This document shows positions 49,830-59,875 of a DNA stretch of 64,000 nt, piece by piece. A model generated the notes under the pieces. It was not told the origin of the DNA, did not search any database, and worked only from the letters and a program-made list of their open reading frames with translations. Source of the DNA: Candidatus Bathyarchaeia archaeon (lineage in GTDB: Archaea > Thermoproteota > Bathyarchaeia > TCS64). A program made the translations under genes and the position numbers. The DNA is taken from positions 31,094 to 95,093 of the forward strand of contig JBEKDF010000007.1 in NCBI GenBank assembly GCA_050014495.1, in the 5' to 3' direction. How positions within the stretch are numbered: the first letter of the stretch is position 1; every line of letters begins with the position of its first letter.

Positions 49830-50711
49830 ATGAAGCCACTCAGTGGAGTCATAGGGCTGATCCCGACACCCCTAACGAAGAAGGGCGAGCTGGACGAGAA
49901 AGATCTTAAGAAGCTCATCGACTTCCAGTTCGAAAACGGCTGCGACGGCATGGGCGTGCTCGCCGGAGTCGGCGAAGGCTACCTCATGCGAGAGGCGGAC
50001 TGGACGAAGGTCGTGAAGGCGGCCGTCGACCAGGTCAACGGCCGCGGACCACTCATAGTGGGGTGTGCCGCGATGGGAACAGGTGTAGCGGTGGATTACG
50101 TTAAGAAGGCAGCGGACATCGGAGCCGACGCCATCCTCTCCTTCAACCCAATCGGATACAGGGCCTACACAGTTGAGGAGACGTATAGGCACTTCAAAAC
50201 CCAAGCGGAGGCAGCGGATGTCACCCTCGTGCCATACGCACGTGATATGGATATGATCCACCCCGAGGTCATTAAGAGGCTCGTGGACGAGGGATATGTT
50301 AAGCATATGAAGTATGGGTTCCACAGCTGCAGCATCTTGAAGCAGCTGGTCACCCTAACGGGCGATAAGCTCTACAGGTTCTGCGGAGCCGACACCTGGA
50401 CCCTCCGCTACCTTCTGATCGGGTGCCACGGCATAATGACGGCCACCGCCGCGGTGTTCCCCAGGGAGAACGTAGAGCTGCTCAAACTCGTCAAAGCCGG
50501 TAAGATAAGGGATGCCAGGGAGTTGTATTACAGGGTCTTCCTCCCCTGGAATGATGCTGGCTTCTACGAGAACTGGCAGTGGGCCCATAAGTACGCTTTC
50601 AAGCTTCTAGGGCTCATGAAGTCTGATACTGTGGTGCCGCCTCAGGCGCTGGGCGAGGAGTACCATAAGGCTGAGATAGAGTCTCTCCTCAAGTACCTCG
50701 GAAAAATATAG
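49830..50711 (+). CDS. DapA/N-acetylneuraminate-lyase family protein
   Basis: PTP...GELD, GVGE, GADA, PY and MKY Schiff-base Lys; divergent substrate motif. Confidence 0.85.
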   Translation: MKPLSGVIGLIPTPLTKKGELDEKDLKKLIDFQFENGCDGMGVLAGVGEGYLMREADWTKVVKAAVDQVNGRGPLIVGCAAMGTGVAVDYVKKAADIGADAILSFNPIGYRAYTVEETYRHFKTQAEAADVTLVPYARDMDMIHPEVIKRLVDEGYVKHMKYGFHSCSILKQLVTLTGDKLYRFCGADTWTLRYLLIGCHGIMTATAAVFPRENVELLKLVKAGKIRDARELYYRVFLPWNDAGFYENWQWAHKYAFKLLGLMKSDTVVPPQALGEEYHKAEIESLLKYLGKI

Positions 50712-50764
50712 CTGCACGTGCAGACTCAACTAATCGCAAAGCATCTCCGAGGCATACGCGCGCA

Positions 50765-50813
50765 TCCACCTGATTGTGACCAGTGATTGCATGGTTGACC
50801 TAACTTTAGTTCA
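50765..50813 (+). repeat. Dispersed repeat, right half only
   Basis: TCCACCTGATTGTGACCAGTGA..TGGTTGACCTA begins right after GCATACGCGCGCA. Confidence 0.7.
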
Positions 50814-50924
50814 GTCAGTATCATGTATTGCATCGGCACACGCTCACATTATTCAACCTGTATTGTGATAATCTTCAAACATGCGTAGGATCAACATATA
50901 GGAAATTGTCGACGGGTCCGGACA

Positions 50925-52103
50925 ATGTCTCGTAAATCAGCCGATGTCTCGATACTTTTCTTCATTGGCTCAACTCATTTCCTGATCCATGTTCTCAGTC
51001 AATTGCTTCCAGCAGTGTTGCCAGTCATCAGGAGTGAGATGGGTCTAACCCTTACTCAGGCGAGCCTCCTAATTTCCATCCCTCTCATGGTCGGGGTATT
51101 TGCCTATCTGCCGGTTGGCTTCATCTCAAAGAGAAATGGGACCCTCATCCTCACACTGAGCATTGTGTTGATTGCGATAGGAGGCATCATCATCCCGTCG
51201 GCTAGCAGTTTTGGGGTCATCTTGCTGGGTTTCGGGATCCTCGGATTGGGGCAGACGATGTATCATCCCCCAGCACTCAAGGTGGCGGGTGACGTTGAGT
51301 CAAAGAAACTTGGATTAACAATGGGTGTGCAGATGGCGGGGGGGAGCCTCGGCTCAGCCGTTGGTCCCATCACGCTGGGGATCATACTCCTTGTGTGGGA
51401 TTGGAGGGCGGGTTTCTACATTTGGGTTCCCATAATACTGGTGGGAGCGGTTTACTCCTTCAATTTCATGAATCGAACCACGAAGCCCAGTGGCATAGAC
51501 GCATCTCAGGCCTCATCAGAGATACCACGGTCCCTTCTCAACAGAGGCTTCGTGATGATTGTCATCCTCGGCGCCATAATGGAGGCTTCATCTATGATCT
51601 TGCTGACTTATGTGACGAGCTACCTGACAGGCGTCATGGGCTTGTCGGCCTCTCTTGCGAGTGTAATCTTCGGGGTTGGAGCGTTACTGGGCATAGCGGG
51701 TTGCCTCTTGGGTGGAGTCGCTGGTGATAAATTCGGGAGATACAGGTCGATCATTCTGGTCATGGTGTTGATGGGGGTCTCGGTTACGTTGATTCCAGTT
51801 TCTAGCAACCTCATCCTCGTAGCACTGTTATTTATCGTCTGGAGGGGGCTCAACTCGGCTTCTATGCCCCTGATGAACTCCCTTGTCGTTTCTCACAGCG
51901 AGCCCCAGAACAGGGCAATGGCCTTCAGCGTAAGCTTCTTGGTTTCGAACCTCGCGGATGCGATAGTTCCTGTGGCTGCATCGATAGCTATTGAGGGTCG
52001 GCTAGGAGTGATCTTCCCAATATCCGTGCTGACTTTGCTTCCAGGTATAGTACTAGCATTATACCTCGGGAGATTCGCGAAACGCGGGCGCTCAATATCT
52101 TGA
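50925..52103 (+). CDS. MFS transporter (FSR-like)
   Basis: About 12 TM segments, YHPPA, GDKFGR. Confidence 0.9.
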   Translation: MSRKSADVSILFFIGSTHFLIHVLSQLLPAVLPVIRSEMGLTLTQASLLISIPLMVGVFAYLPVGFISKRNGTLILTLSIVLIAIGGIIIPSASSFGVILLGFGILGLGQTMYHPPALKVAGDVESKKLGLTMGVQMAGGSLGSAVGPITLGIILLVWDWRAGFYIWVPIILVGAVYSFNFMNRTTKPSGIDASQASSEIPRSLLNRGFVMIVILGAIMEASSMILLTYVTSYLTGVMGLSASLASVIFGVGALLGIAGCLLGGVAGDKFGRYRSIILVMVLMGVSVTLIPVSSNLILVALLFIVWRGLNSASMPLMNSLVVSHSEPQNRAMAFSVSFLVSNLADAIVPVAASIAIEGRLGVIFPISVLTLLPGIVLALYLGRFAKRGRSIS

Positions 52104-52141
52104 GGCTGCTAAAAATAGTAATAGGCGCGCATGCGTACGAA

Positions 52142-53863
52142 CTAGACAGCAAACTTATCTTTCAAAGCCTTGGTCGCTGCCTCCCCCCCTGAGATCCCAA
52201 TCGGCGTGCCATCAGCCCTCCAGCAGGCGCCTCCGTGCATTATACCCTCCTCATCGACAAGTATTCCATTCATGCCACCGGCAACCTTTGGGACCCTCAG
52301 GACATCGTGCCCCCTCCTAGTCAGTTCATTTATGGTCTCATCGCCCAATTCGGGTTCGACGTGCAGCTTTCCCTCGATTGTGCCTGGTATACCCATCGTC
52401 CAGACTCGTGGCGCCTCAACAGCCTGCTGGATTCCCATCCCATAGTCGATTACGTTGACGAGCGCCTGGCAGATGGCTGGGAAGATCATTGTGCCCCCTG
52501 GAGAACCTATGCAGAGGAATGGTTTCCCGTCGCGTAGAACAATGGTGGGTGTCATCGAGCTTAACATCCTCTTTCCCCCTGAGACTGAGTTTGTTCTGCC
52601 GGGGTGGGGGTCGAAGAGTCCCATGCAGTTGTTAAGCAGCATCCCCGTACCCGGGACTGTGACGGCTGAGCCGAAGGTGGTGAAGAGGGTCTGTGTAGCT
52701 GCAACGATGTTGCCTTTCTCATCCATGACGGAGACGTGCGTCGTGCACTTACCTTCGTTAGCGTAGTCGGAGGGATCGCCATAGTTATATGTCTTGGCTG
52801 TGTCGCCGATCTCCTTTGCCCTTGACGCAGCGTAGTCCTTCGAGGTTAAACCTTCTACAGGGACGGGCATCCTCCAGGGGTCACCCATATACTTCTGCCT
52901 ATCAGCGAAGGCTATCTTCAGCGCCTCCGCGATGAGGTGGATGTGGTCTGGGGAGCCGAAGCCGAGGCTCGAAACATCGAAGCGCTCCAATATGTTGAGC
53001 ATCTGGATGATGTGGGTGCCTCCACTGCTCCCTGGCGCTATGCTCGCCACGGTATACCTATCCCTGTAATTACCGGTGACTGGGGGGACTTCCTTAACTT
53101 CGTAGCCGGTGAGATCAGACATGTCTAGGACGCCTCCGTTTTCCTTCATGTCACCCACCACCGCTTTGCCCAACTCGCCTCCATATAAGTAGCTGGATCC
53201 CTTCTTGGCCACTGTTTCCAGGGTCTCCGCATACTCGGGCATCTTCACAAGGTCCCCTGCCTTCAGGGGTGCTCCCTGCGGTAGGAATATTTTAGCCGTT
53301 TCTTCATAGAGTGCTAGGTCCTTCCTCGTGAATTCTGTGAGGTAGGCTAGGTAACTCGTGGCCTTGTAACCCTCATTGGCTAATCGGATTGCGGGGGCCA
53401 TGACCTCTCTTAGGCTGAGTCTGCCTTGTCTCGTCTGGATGTGTTCCCAGCCTTTGAGGGCCCCCGGTACTGCGACGCTCAGGTGGCCGACGATGTTTCT
53501 TCGACCAACGGTCTCGAAGATGTACTGGTCGGGTCTTCTGTTCTCTACGGGCGTGTACATGTTTTCGGATGCGGCTTCGGGGGCTACCGCGTAGTTGTCT
53601 AGGGTTGTGATGTTGCCCGTCTTGCCGTCTCTAGTGATGAAGTAGCCGGCTCCGAATATGCTTACCATCATCGGTTCAACGACCGTTAAGGCGAAGAGGG
53701 ATGCGATGGCTGCGTCGAAGGCGTTACCTCCACTAGCCATAATTTCGATTCCCGCTGCGCTAGCCAGGGGATGGTTGGTTACGACGACCCCCCTACTTGC
53801 GTTCACCTCGCGCTTCAAGGTCTTCAGGTACCTTTCAGGGACTTTACCTTCAGTCAAGACCAT
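52142..53863 (-). CDS. ggt: Gamma-glutamyltransferase family protein
   Basis: GGNAFDAA, VPG, DRQKYMGDP, TTHVS nucleophile, LSSMTP, GSPGG. Confidence 0.93.
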   Translation of the reverse strand: MVLTEGKVPERYLKTLKREVNASRGVVVTNHPLASAAGIEIMASGGNAFDAAIASLFALTVVEPMMVSIFGAGYFITRDGKTGNITTLDNYAVAPEAASENMYTPVENRRPDQYIFETVGRRNIVGHLSVAVPGALKGWEHIQTRQGRLSLREVMAPAIRLANEGYKATSYLAYLTEFTRKDLALYEETAKIFLPQGAPLKAGDLVKMPEYAETLETVAKKGSSYLYGGELGKAVVGDMKENGGVLDMSDLTGYEVKEVPPVTGNYRDRYTVASIAPGSSGGTHIIQMLNILERFDVSSLGFGSPDHIHLIAEALKIAFADRQKYMGDPWRMPVPVEGLTSKDYAASRAKEIGDTAKTYNYGDPSDYANEGKCTTHVSVMDEKGNIVAATQTLFTTFGSAVTVPGTGMLLNNCMGLFDPHPGRTNSVSGGKRMLSSMTPTIVLRDGKPFLCIGSPGGTMIFPAICQALVNVIDYGMGIQQAVEAPRVWTMGIPGTIEGKLHVEPELGDETINELTRRGHDVLRVPKVAGGMNGILVDEEGIMHGGACWRADGTPIGISGGEAATKALKDKFAV

Positions 53864-54104
53864 ACCACGTAGTGATCTCGATATGTGGTGAAGTATGTAT
53901 ATGATTTACGAACGTATGTGTGCTGAGAAGTTTAGGCGACTATGACTTGGTTCTCGTGTGCTTTGCCATGTATCTAAGTTTTACAAATAAATAGTGATGC
54001 ACGTGATAATATTATCCAATTTTACACCCGATTATCAGTGCTTATAATAAACAATTCACATTCCCTAGGCAGTAAATTGGACCTAAATATACACACGCAA
54101 TATC

Positions 54105-54797
54105 TTGAGGGAAGCTGAAGACATGATGGGGAGCATGAGGACTGGCCTCAGAAATCTGATCAGGAAATTAGAGGGTGCGGGATTCAATATATGGAACCCA
54201 TCTTCGGATAGTGCACTGCACCCCGGAGCCCATCGGAGTCCTCGGGACTTCTACCCTCAAGACTTGACGACCACGTTCCAGTCGATAGCGCCATTCGTGC
54301 CCTCTCCCATGGATGTCGTAAGGAAGATGCTGGAGTTGGCGGAGCTTAAGCCTGGTGAGGTGCTATTTGACCTGGGATGTGGGGACGGCCGGATCGTCCT
54401 GGTGGCGGGTAAGGATTTTGGTTCTAGGGCCGTCGGTGTTGATCTGAATGCGATGCTGATTAACCAGGCAAGGAATGAGGCTGAGAAGCTCGGCCTCGGC
54501 AAGGTGGTCCGGTTCATCGATGGGGATATGTTTGATGTGGATCTCAGTTCAGCCGACGTGGTCACGATGTACCTGCTGACGTCGGCGAATGAGAAGGTGA
54601 GGCCCAAGCTGGAGTCGGAGCTGAGGATTGGGGCTAGGGTCGTCACGCATGATTTCCCGATCATCAACTGGAGGTGTCGGAGTCGACTTAACTTCGAGGG
54701 AGAGTCCGGGAAGCATGTCCTATACCTCTATGTCTGGAGAGGCGATGAGACCTCTGTTAAACGTGATGGAACGCATCGAGTTCGGTTTGATGATTAG
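54105..54797 (+). CDS. SAM-dependent methyltransferase (FAM173/protein-lysine type)
   Basis: APFVPSP, DLGCGDGRI, ADVVTMYL, GARVVTHDF. Confidence 0.88.
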   Translation: MREAEDMMGSMRTGLRNLIRKLEGAGFNIWNPSSDSALHPGAHRSPRDFYPQDLTTTFQSIAPFVPSPMDVVRKMLELAELKPGEVLFDLGCGDGRIVLVAGKDFGSRAVGVDLNAMLINQARNEAEKLGLGKVVRFIDGDMFDVDLSSADVVTMYLLTSANEKVRPKLESELRIGARVVTHDFPIINWRCRSRLNFEGESGKHVLYLYVWRGDETSVKRDGTHRVRFDD

Positions 54798-54805
54798 CAG
54801 GAACT

Positions 54806-54863
54806 CAATGGTCTTATCCTCACTTCCACCTGAGTGTAATCAGTGAATAGTTTTGGTTGATGC
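54806..54863 (+). repeat. Dispersed repeat, core copy
   Basis: GTCTTATCCTCACTTCCACCTGA. Confidence 0.9.
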
Positions 54864-54949
54864 ACAAACAGTCGTTGAATGCGTAAATGCGTGCGCATAA
54901 TGTTCTTTAAGCAGGATCGGGTTAAAACCTCCACGTTTGGTGAACAGAT

Positions 54950-55411
54950 ATGGCGAACATTGGTACAATAAAGGAATTCGCGGAACTAGGATTCACAAGA
55001 CTCGATGGCTCGTTGAAAGATCTCTCTGAGGAGCAACTTGACTGGACGAGTTGCTCACAGGCAAACACCATCAGGAACATCCTGACACACCTCATCAACG
55101 AATGGTATGTTTTTATTCCCAAGGCCATTGCAGGGGATAAAGACGCAAAGGTCAAGGGCGTAGCCGAGGGATACGTCGGAAACAAGGAACTGAGCCTCGC
55201 AAAAATATTGAAGGACCTTAAGGAAGGCGAAGACCACCTACGCTCGGAGCTTGGTAAGGTAAAGGAGGAGGACCTGGCCAAGGAGATGGAGTGGTTCATG
55301 GGTAAAAAGACCAGGGGCTTTTATCTCATGCTGGGAGTCAGTGAGATAATCCACCACGAGGGCCAGATCGCTGCGATTCGTGGAGTCGAAAAACGGATCA
55401 AGGGCCTCTAA
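54950..55411 (+). CDS. DinB/YfiT-family protein
   Basis: NTI..IL.HL...E and E..HHEGQI. Confidence 0.85.
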   Translation: MANIGTIKEFAELGFTRLDGSLKDLSEEQLDWTSCSQANTIRNILTHLINEWYVFIPKAIAGDKDAKVKGVAEGYVGNKELSLAKILKDLKEGEDHLRSELGKVKEEDLAKEMEWFMGKKTRGFYLMLGVSEIIHHEGQIAAIRGVEKRIKGL

Positions 55412-55491
55412 TAGACCCTATTTACCCTATTGCTCTGGCAAGACCTTGTACATTTTTTTGACGTGCGTAGTGGAGAGTGGGTGGACTGGTA

Positions 55492-55527
55492 GTTATCCCA
55501 AATTCACTTTGGCATAAGCCTCATCTT
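55492..55527 (+). repeat. Dispersed repeat, palindromic module TTATCCCAAA-N5-TTTGGCATAA-GCCTCATC
   Basis: Matches 60848-60880 and 20680-20712; cut on the right by TGCGCGCGTGT. Confidence 0.85.
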
Positions 55528-55581
55528 GCGCGCGTGTTATCGCGAGTGATCGATTATCAGAAATTATTAAATCAAAATACT

Positions 55582-55881
55582 CTAATCCGTCGATAAGCTT
55601 AGGAACTGTTGCTTTGACTTCAAAGTTCTTCTGATTACGCCCCGAGCCTCAAGGTCCAGCTTGACTGCCTCGGTGTACCATGAAACCGAGCCATCGAACC
55701 CAGCTGCGAGGCGATTCGAGACGCATCTAAGCAACTCTGTATGGGTCAGCTCTCCCCTAGACTTCAGACAGTGTACGATGGCGCCCTTCACATCGTCGTA
55801 CTTTTCCTCACTTATCTTGAAATTCTTCTTTCCCTCTGGGTGAAGCATTTGTATCATCTTGACGGCTTTAGATTTATTCAT
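55582..55881 (-). CDS. Small winged-helix-like protein (DUF6958-like)
   Basis: LHPEGK..I..EKY, FDGSVSWY..AVKLDLEARG.I.R. Confidence 0.75.
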   Translation of the reverse strand: MNKSKAVKMIQMLHPEGKKNFKISEEKYDDVKGAIVHCLKSRGELTHTELLRCVSNRLAAGFDGSVSWYTEAVKLDLEARGVIRRTLKSKQQFLSLSTD

Positions 55882-55965
55882 CGAATTTGAGTATCTCTGA
55901 CACAAAATAATTACATTTGGGTCGTTGTGGAAGTCTCACGCCTGCGCGCGATAGTTAGTTGGCAG

Positions 55966-56730
55966 TCAAGAAGCCATTTTATTTAGTGACCTCAGCCCCC
56001 ACGCGAATAGGATTATCGCTAGCACGCTGATGACCGCGAATCCCTCCCCTATCTCGAGGTTCATGAAATTCCCCGCGAATAATGAGCGAGCCGCGTCAAC
56101 CGCGTATGAGAACGGGTTTACTTTCGCGAGATCCTGAAGCCAGATTGGGGCAAGCGCGAGTGGAAGAATAATACCCGACAATAATGAAACAGGTAGTGTG
56201 ATCGTGTTTAAAGTCGGAGCGAGGGGATCCTCTATCTTGTAGATCAGAGCGAAACCATACGACATCGAAGCCATGGTAACACCGATAATAGCATACAATA
56301 GTAGAGAGAGTAAGAAGCCCCCCAGATTCACACTCAGCCCAAAAGGAATCGCGACAAGTGTGATCAGTACGCATTGGAGGAGGAGAACGGAGGCGTCCCT
56401 CAGAACTCTCCCGAGAAGAATTGCCGGTCGACTCACAGGGGTTACTAGGAATCGCTCTATGACTCCTGTTCTAATATCATCGATAAGCGAGAACCCCACG
56501 AATGCCGAGCCGAAGAGCGCCTGCATTACTAAGAGCCCTGGTATGAAAATCTCCACTGTTCTCCCCGCTGGGATACCTGGTACACCTCCGAGGCCATTCA
56601 GGAGGGGCATGAACAAGACCAAGTATAGAAGTGGCTGAAACATGCTCACTATGATGAAGATGGGGTTACGCAACGTGTGTTGCAGGTTGCGGATAAACAT
56701 CAACCTCGTGTCACGTAGCATCTTCATCAC
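55966..56730 (-). CDS. ABC-2 exporter permease (DrrB-like)
   Basis: ERFLVTPVSR..ILLG, NPFSYAVDA.R. Confidence 0.92.
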   Translation of the reverse strand: MMKMLRDTRLMFIRNLQHTLRNPIFIIVSMFQPLLYLVLFMPLLNGLGGVPGIPAGRTVEIFIPGLLVMQALFGSAFVGFSLIDDIRTGVIERFLVTPVSRPAILLGRVLRDASVLLLQCVLITLVAIPFGLSVNLGGFLLSLLLYAIIGVTMASMSYGFALIYKIEDPLAPTLNTITLPVSLLSGIILPLALAPIWLQDLAKVNPFSYAVDAARSLFAGNFMNLEIGEGFAVISVLAIILFAWGLRSLNKMAS

Positions 56731-57710
56731 TTTCTCTCATCCTCCCTCAGGGAACGACCCGTGTACTTCAAGAAAACGTCATCCAGACTTGGTCTGGACA
56801 TCGTGACGCTCTGCACCTGCAGGTCTCTTGTTTCAAGTGAACGCATAAGCTCAGGCATCGCCCTCTCCCCATCCCTCGCATACAGATAGACGGAGTTGTC
56901 CTTGGCCTGAATATTCTCGAGCTGAATATTCTCCGCTAACAGATTTTTTGCCTTATCCGCGATCTCCCCAGATGAAAAGCTAAACACGATTGTGTCTCCG
57001 CCGATGTTACTCTTCAACTCCTCCGGCGTCCCGGTCACAATTATTTTTCCGTTATCAATAATTGCTATCCTGTCGCAGAGCTTGTCAGCCTCGTCCATGT
57101 ACTGAGTGGTCAAAAATATAGTTACTCCATCAGCCTTCAGTTTTCTGATCTCCTCCCAGAGGTATGCCCTGCTCTGAGGGTCGAGGCCAGACGTTGGCTC
57201 ATCGAGGAGGAGCAGCCTTGGGTGATGAACCATCCCAAGTGCAACGTCTAAGCGGCGCTTCTGGCCACCAGAATACGTTGAGGCAGGTCTCTCGATGAAT
57301 GAACTCATCTGAAACCGCTCCACCAACTCGGACGAGTGTTTTCTCGCTGTTGAAGCCTCTAAGCCATACAATTGAGCCTGGAGGTGAAGATTCTCGATGC
57401 CCGTTGAGCCTAAATCGGCTCCACCGGCTTGACTCACGCATCCAACGTTCTGCCTAATCTGTTCCTGCTGCTTCACCAGGTCGTAGCCAAGAACCTTTGC
57501 CTCTCCACCTGTCGGCTGCAGGAGTGTTGAGAGCATTTTCTGCGTGGTTGACTTACCGGCACCATTGGGGCCGAGGAAACCATAGATCTCACCTCGTTTC
57601 ACAGCAAGATCTATGCCCTTAACCGCCTCCACCTCTTTTTTCTCGCCGCCATACTTGGAGATGAATGTCTTTTTGAGCCCCTTTGTTTCAATTATGAAAT
57701 CTTCAGCCAT
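56727..57710 (-). CDS. ABC exporter ATP-binding subunit (DrrA-like)
   Basis: GPNGAGKS, YSGG, LLLDEP, TTQYMDEAD. Confidence 0.95.
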   Translation of the reverse strand: MAEDFIIETKGLKKTFISKYGGEKKEVEAVKGIDLAVKRGEIYGFLGPNGAGKSTTQKMLSTLLQPTGGEAKVLGYDLVKQQEQIRQNVGCVSQAGGADLGSTGIENLHLQAQLYGLEASTARKHSSELVERFQMSSFIERPASTYSGGQKRRLDVALGMVHHPRLLLLDEPTSGLDPQSRAYLWEEIRKLKADGVTIFLTTQYMDEADKLCDRIAIIDNGKIIVTGTPEELKSNIGGDTIVFSFSSGEIADKAKNLLAENIQLENIQAKDNSVYLYARDGERAMPELMRSLETRDLQVQSVTMSRPSLDDVFLKYTGRSLREDERK

Positions 57711-58000
57711 GTTAGGTCTCCTTAGATAGGCCGATGAATTACTAACACTGGAAAATTGTTGTAATGCGCCTTCTTATTCATATCGCGTTTGTTTACGCAG
57801 CCTGCGTGTCATCCGCGTGGGTTATTTAAATAGAATCTTTACTATACTTCAAAATAGGGGAATTTAAGACGCTTGGATCCGAGATCGATGAAGCGAATAG
57901 AAAGGCTGTTGATAGTATAATTTCTGCCGAAGCCATGCTTGTGGACGTAAAGCCAGCGCGAAACGAACCATTGTTGCGCGCGCTCCTGAGAGACTTTGGC

Positions 58001-58462
58001 TTATTCGGAGGGATCTAGGTACATCCGGCCTGGTCCAGTCGTGAAATTGAAGATCGGTTTATCCACCCTCAGATATGTAAGAGGACAGTGTTCCACCCCC
58101 CTTGGTATGAATATCATGCAGCTCCGGGTGATAATGTGCCTCTCCCCACCCAACCAGAACTCCACCTCCCCGCAGAGGTCGTAGGGGTCAGCTGTATCGG
58201 TGCCACACATACATAGAACCTCGTCGTAGTCGTGGCTGTGGGCTTTAGCGACGGTCTTAGGGGGATCTCCATCCTTCGAGGGGAAGCTCCAAGCGGCCTC
58301 CACGTAAAATGAGCCCGGGACGACTTCGCTGTCCAGATAGAGGAGTCGACCTCCTCTCCCTTTACCTGCCCTTTGCACGGGGACGGGCGGCGACCAAGGG
58401 GTTTTAGCTATCTTCTCCTTCAGCTCGGTGACTATGTATTTCCCATACTCGGAATTTACCAA
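58001..58462 (-). CDS. Cupin-like protein
   Basis: HSHDYDE, IFIP.GV.HCP. Confidence 0.75.
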   Translation of the reverse strand: MVNSEYGKYIVTELKEKIAKTPWSPPVPVQRAGKGRGGRLLYLDSEVVPGSFYVEAAWSFPSKDGDPPKTVAKAHSHDYDEVLCMCGTDTADPYDLCGEVEFWLGGERHIITRSCMIFIPRGVEHCPLTYLRVDKPIFNFTTGPGRMYLDPSE

Positions 58463-58623
58463 TTAGAAACACTTCACCAAATTCCTCATCTGTGAGTCTT
58501 AAAATCATTTACGATACGCGTGCGGAGAGGGAGCGCGCGCATGATATGAACAACCTGTTTAACCTCTCTTAAATACGCAAGTGAAATACTATTTTGTGAC
58601 TAACAGATATATTATTGTATAAA

Positions 58624-59545
58624 ATGCCAACAAGACGGCTGATTAGCATAGTACTTCTATCATCAATCATCATATTCGTCTCACTGATGACAAACATGGC
58701 TTCACCGTCGACCCACGCATTACTAGTTCTAGAGTGGCGGAAAACATACGGGGTAGGCTCAGGGAGATCCGTTCAGGTAACACCAGATGGAGGCTACATA
58801 ATCACCGGCTACACGGGCTCAGACGCGCCAGGAAGTGACTCAGACGTCTACCTCGTGAAGACAGACGCCTCAGGAAACATGCAGTGGAATAAGACATACG
58901 GTGGAGCCGAGAGGGATGAAGGTTACTCGATGCAGGTCACAGGAGACGGGGGCTACATAATCAGTGGCAGCACCCTATCATTCAGTGTGAACGGGTTACA
59001 TGACGTCTACCTCGTGAAGACGGACTCCACAGGAAACATGCAGTGGCAGAAGACGTATGGTGGAAGAGGCGACGATTTTGGTTACTCGATGCAGGTAACC
59101 CCAGATGGGGGCTACATCATCGCTGGCGAAACCTTTCAATACGGGACAGGCATGGAGGACATACTCCTCGTGAAGACCGACGCATCAGGCAACGAGATGT
59201 GGAACCGAACAATCGGGGGAACCGTGGATTACTCTGGCTGGTCGGTTGATGTCACCTCTGATGGTGGCTACGTGGTCGCTGGTAACACGGGGTTGAACGA
59301 GCCAAGTCAAACTGATGTTCTCCTCGTGAAGACGAACTCTACGGGTGATGTGCAGTGGCTAAGGACCTTTGGTGGAAGAGGCAACGAGGCTGGTTTCTCG
59401 GTTCGGCAGACCTCGGATGGGGGCTACATAATTGCTGGTGTGACGGATTCATTCGGTATAGGTAGCTACAATGGTAGCTACAATGTCTACCTGGTGAAGA
59501 CGGACTCCTCAGGCAAAATGCAGTGGCAGAGGACGTATGGGGGCA
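58624..59545 (+). pseudogene. Secreted beta-propeller repeat protein, 3'-truncated at (CG)8
   Basis: Signal peptide plus five ~50-aa repeats (DGGYII.G...DVYLVKTD..GNMQW.KTYGG); repeats stop at the tract. Confidence 0.8.
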
Positions 59546-59561
59546 CGCGCGCGCGCGCGCG
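59546..59561. repeat. Perfect (CG)8 tract
   Basis: Read directly; joins two truncated convergent genes. Confidence 0.98.
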
Positions 59562-59765
59562 AACACTTGGGAAAATCGCGTTCCAGGCAGATGTGCAGAA
59601 GCCTTCAGGCATCCTACCGTTCTCCTCCACGATGAATTCCTGATTATCCTCATAGACTTCGCAAGCGCCAAGTTCTCCTGCTGGGGTCACGGGACTCTTT
59701 GAGAAGACCTCCGAGGGTCTGAACCTTCTGAGAATGGTTATCCTCACTCTGCTTCTCTTAGACAT
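59562..59765 (-). pseudogene. TIGR04076-like protein, 3'-truncated
   Basis: VRITILR...GACEVY...QEF....MPEGFCTSAWNAIFPSV then (CG)8; C-terminal Cys/D/PV.F segment missing. Confidence 0.75.
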
Positions 59766-59875
59766 ACCAATTCATCCTCTGGAGTATTGGCTATAAAAAT
59801 AGCGTGCGCGTGCGCAGAAGCTAGGCCATACATACACCAGTATGCGCGCGCTGAAATGTACGCGGGTGAATCACA

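Noticed and set aside
50765..50813. CTGA/GTGA boxes as a C/D-box sRNA
   Set aside because: No RTGATGA C box and the spacings do not fit ~12-nt guides.
54891..54917. GTGCGCATAATGT, matching the XerC arm of enterobacterial dif
   Set aside because: The right arm does not match TTATGTTAAAT; explained by an RY tract next to the TATA box of the DinB gene.
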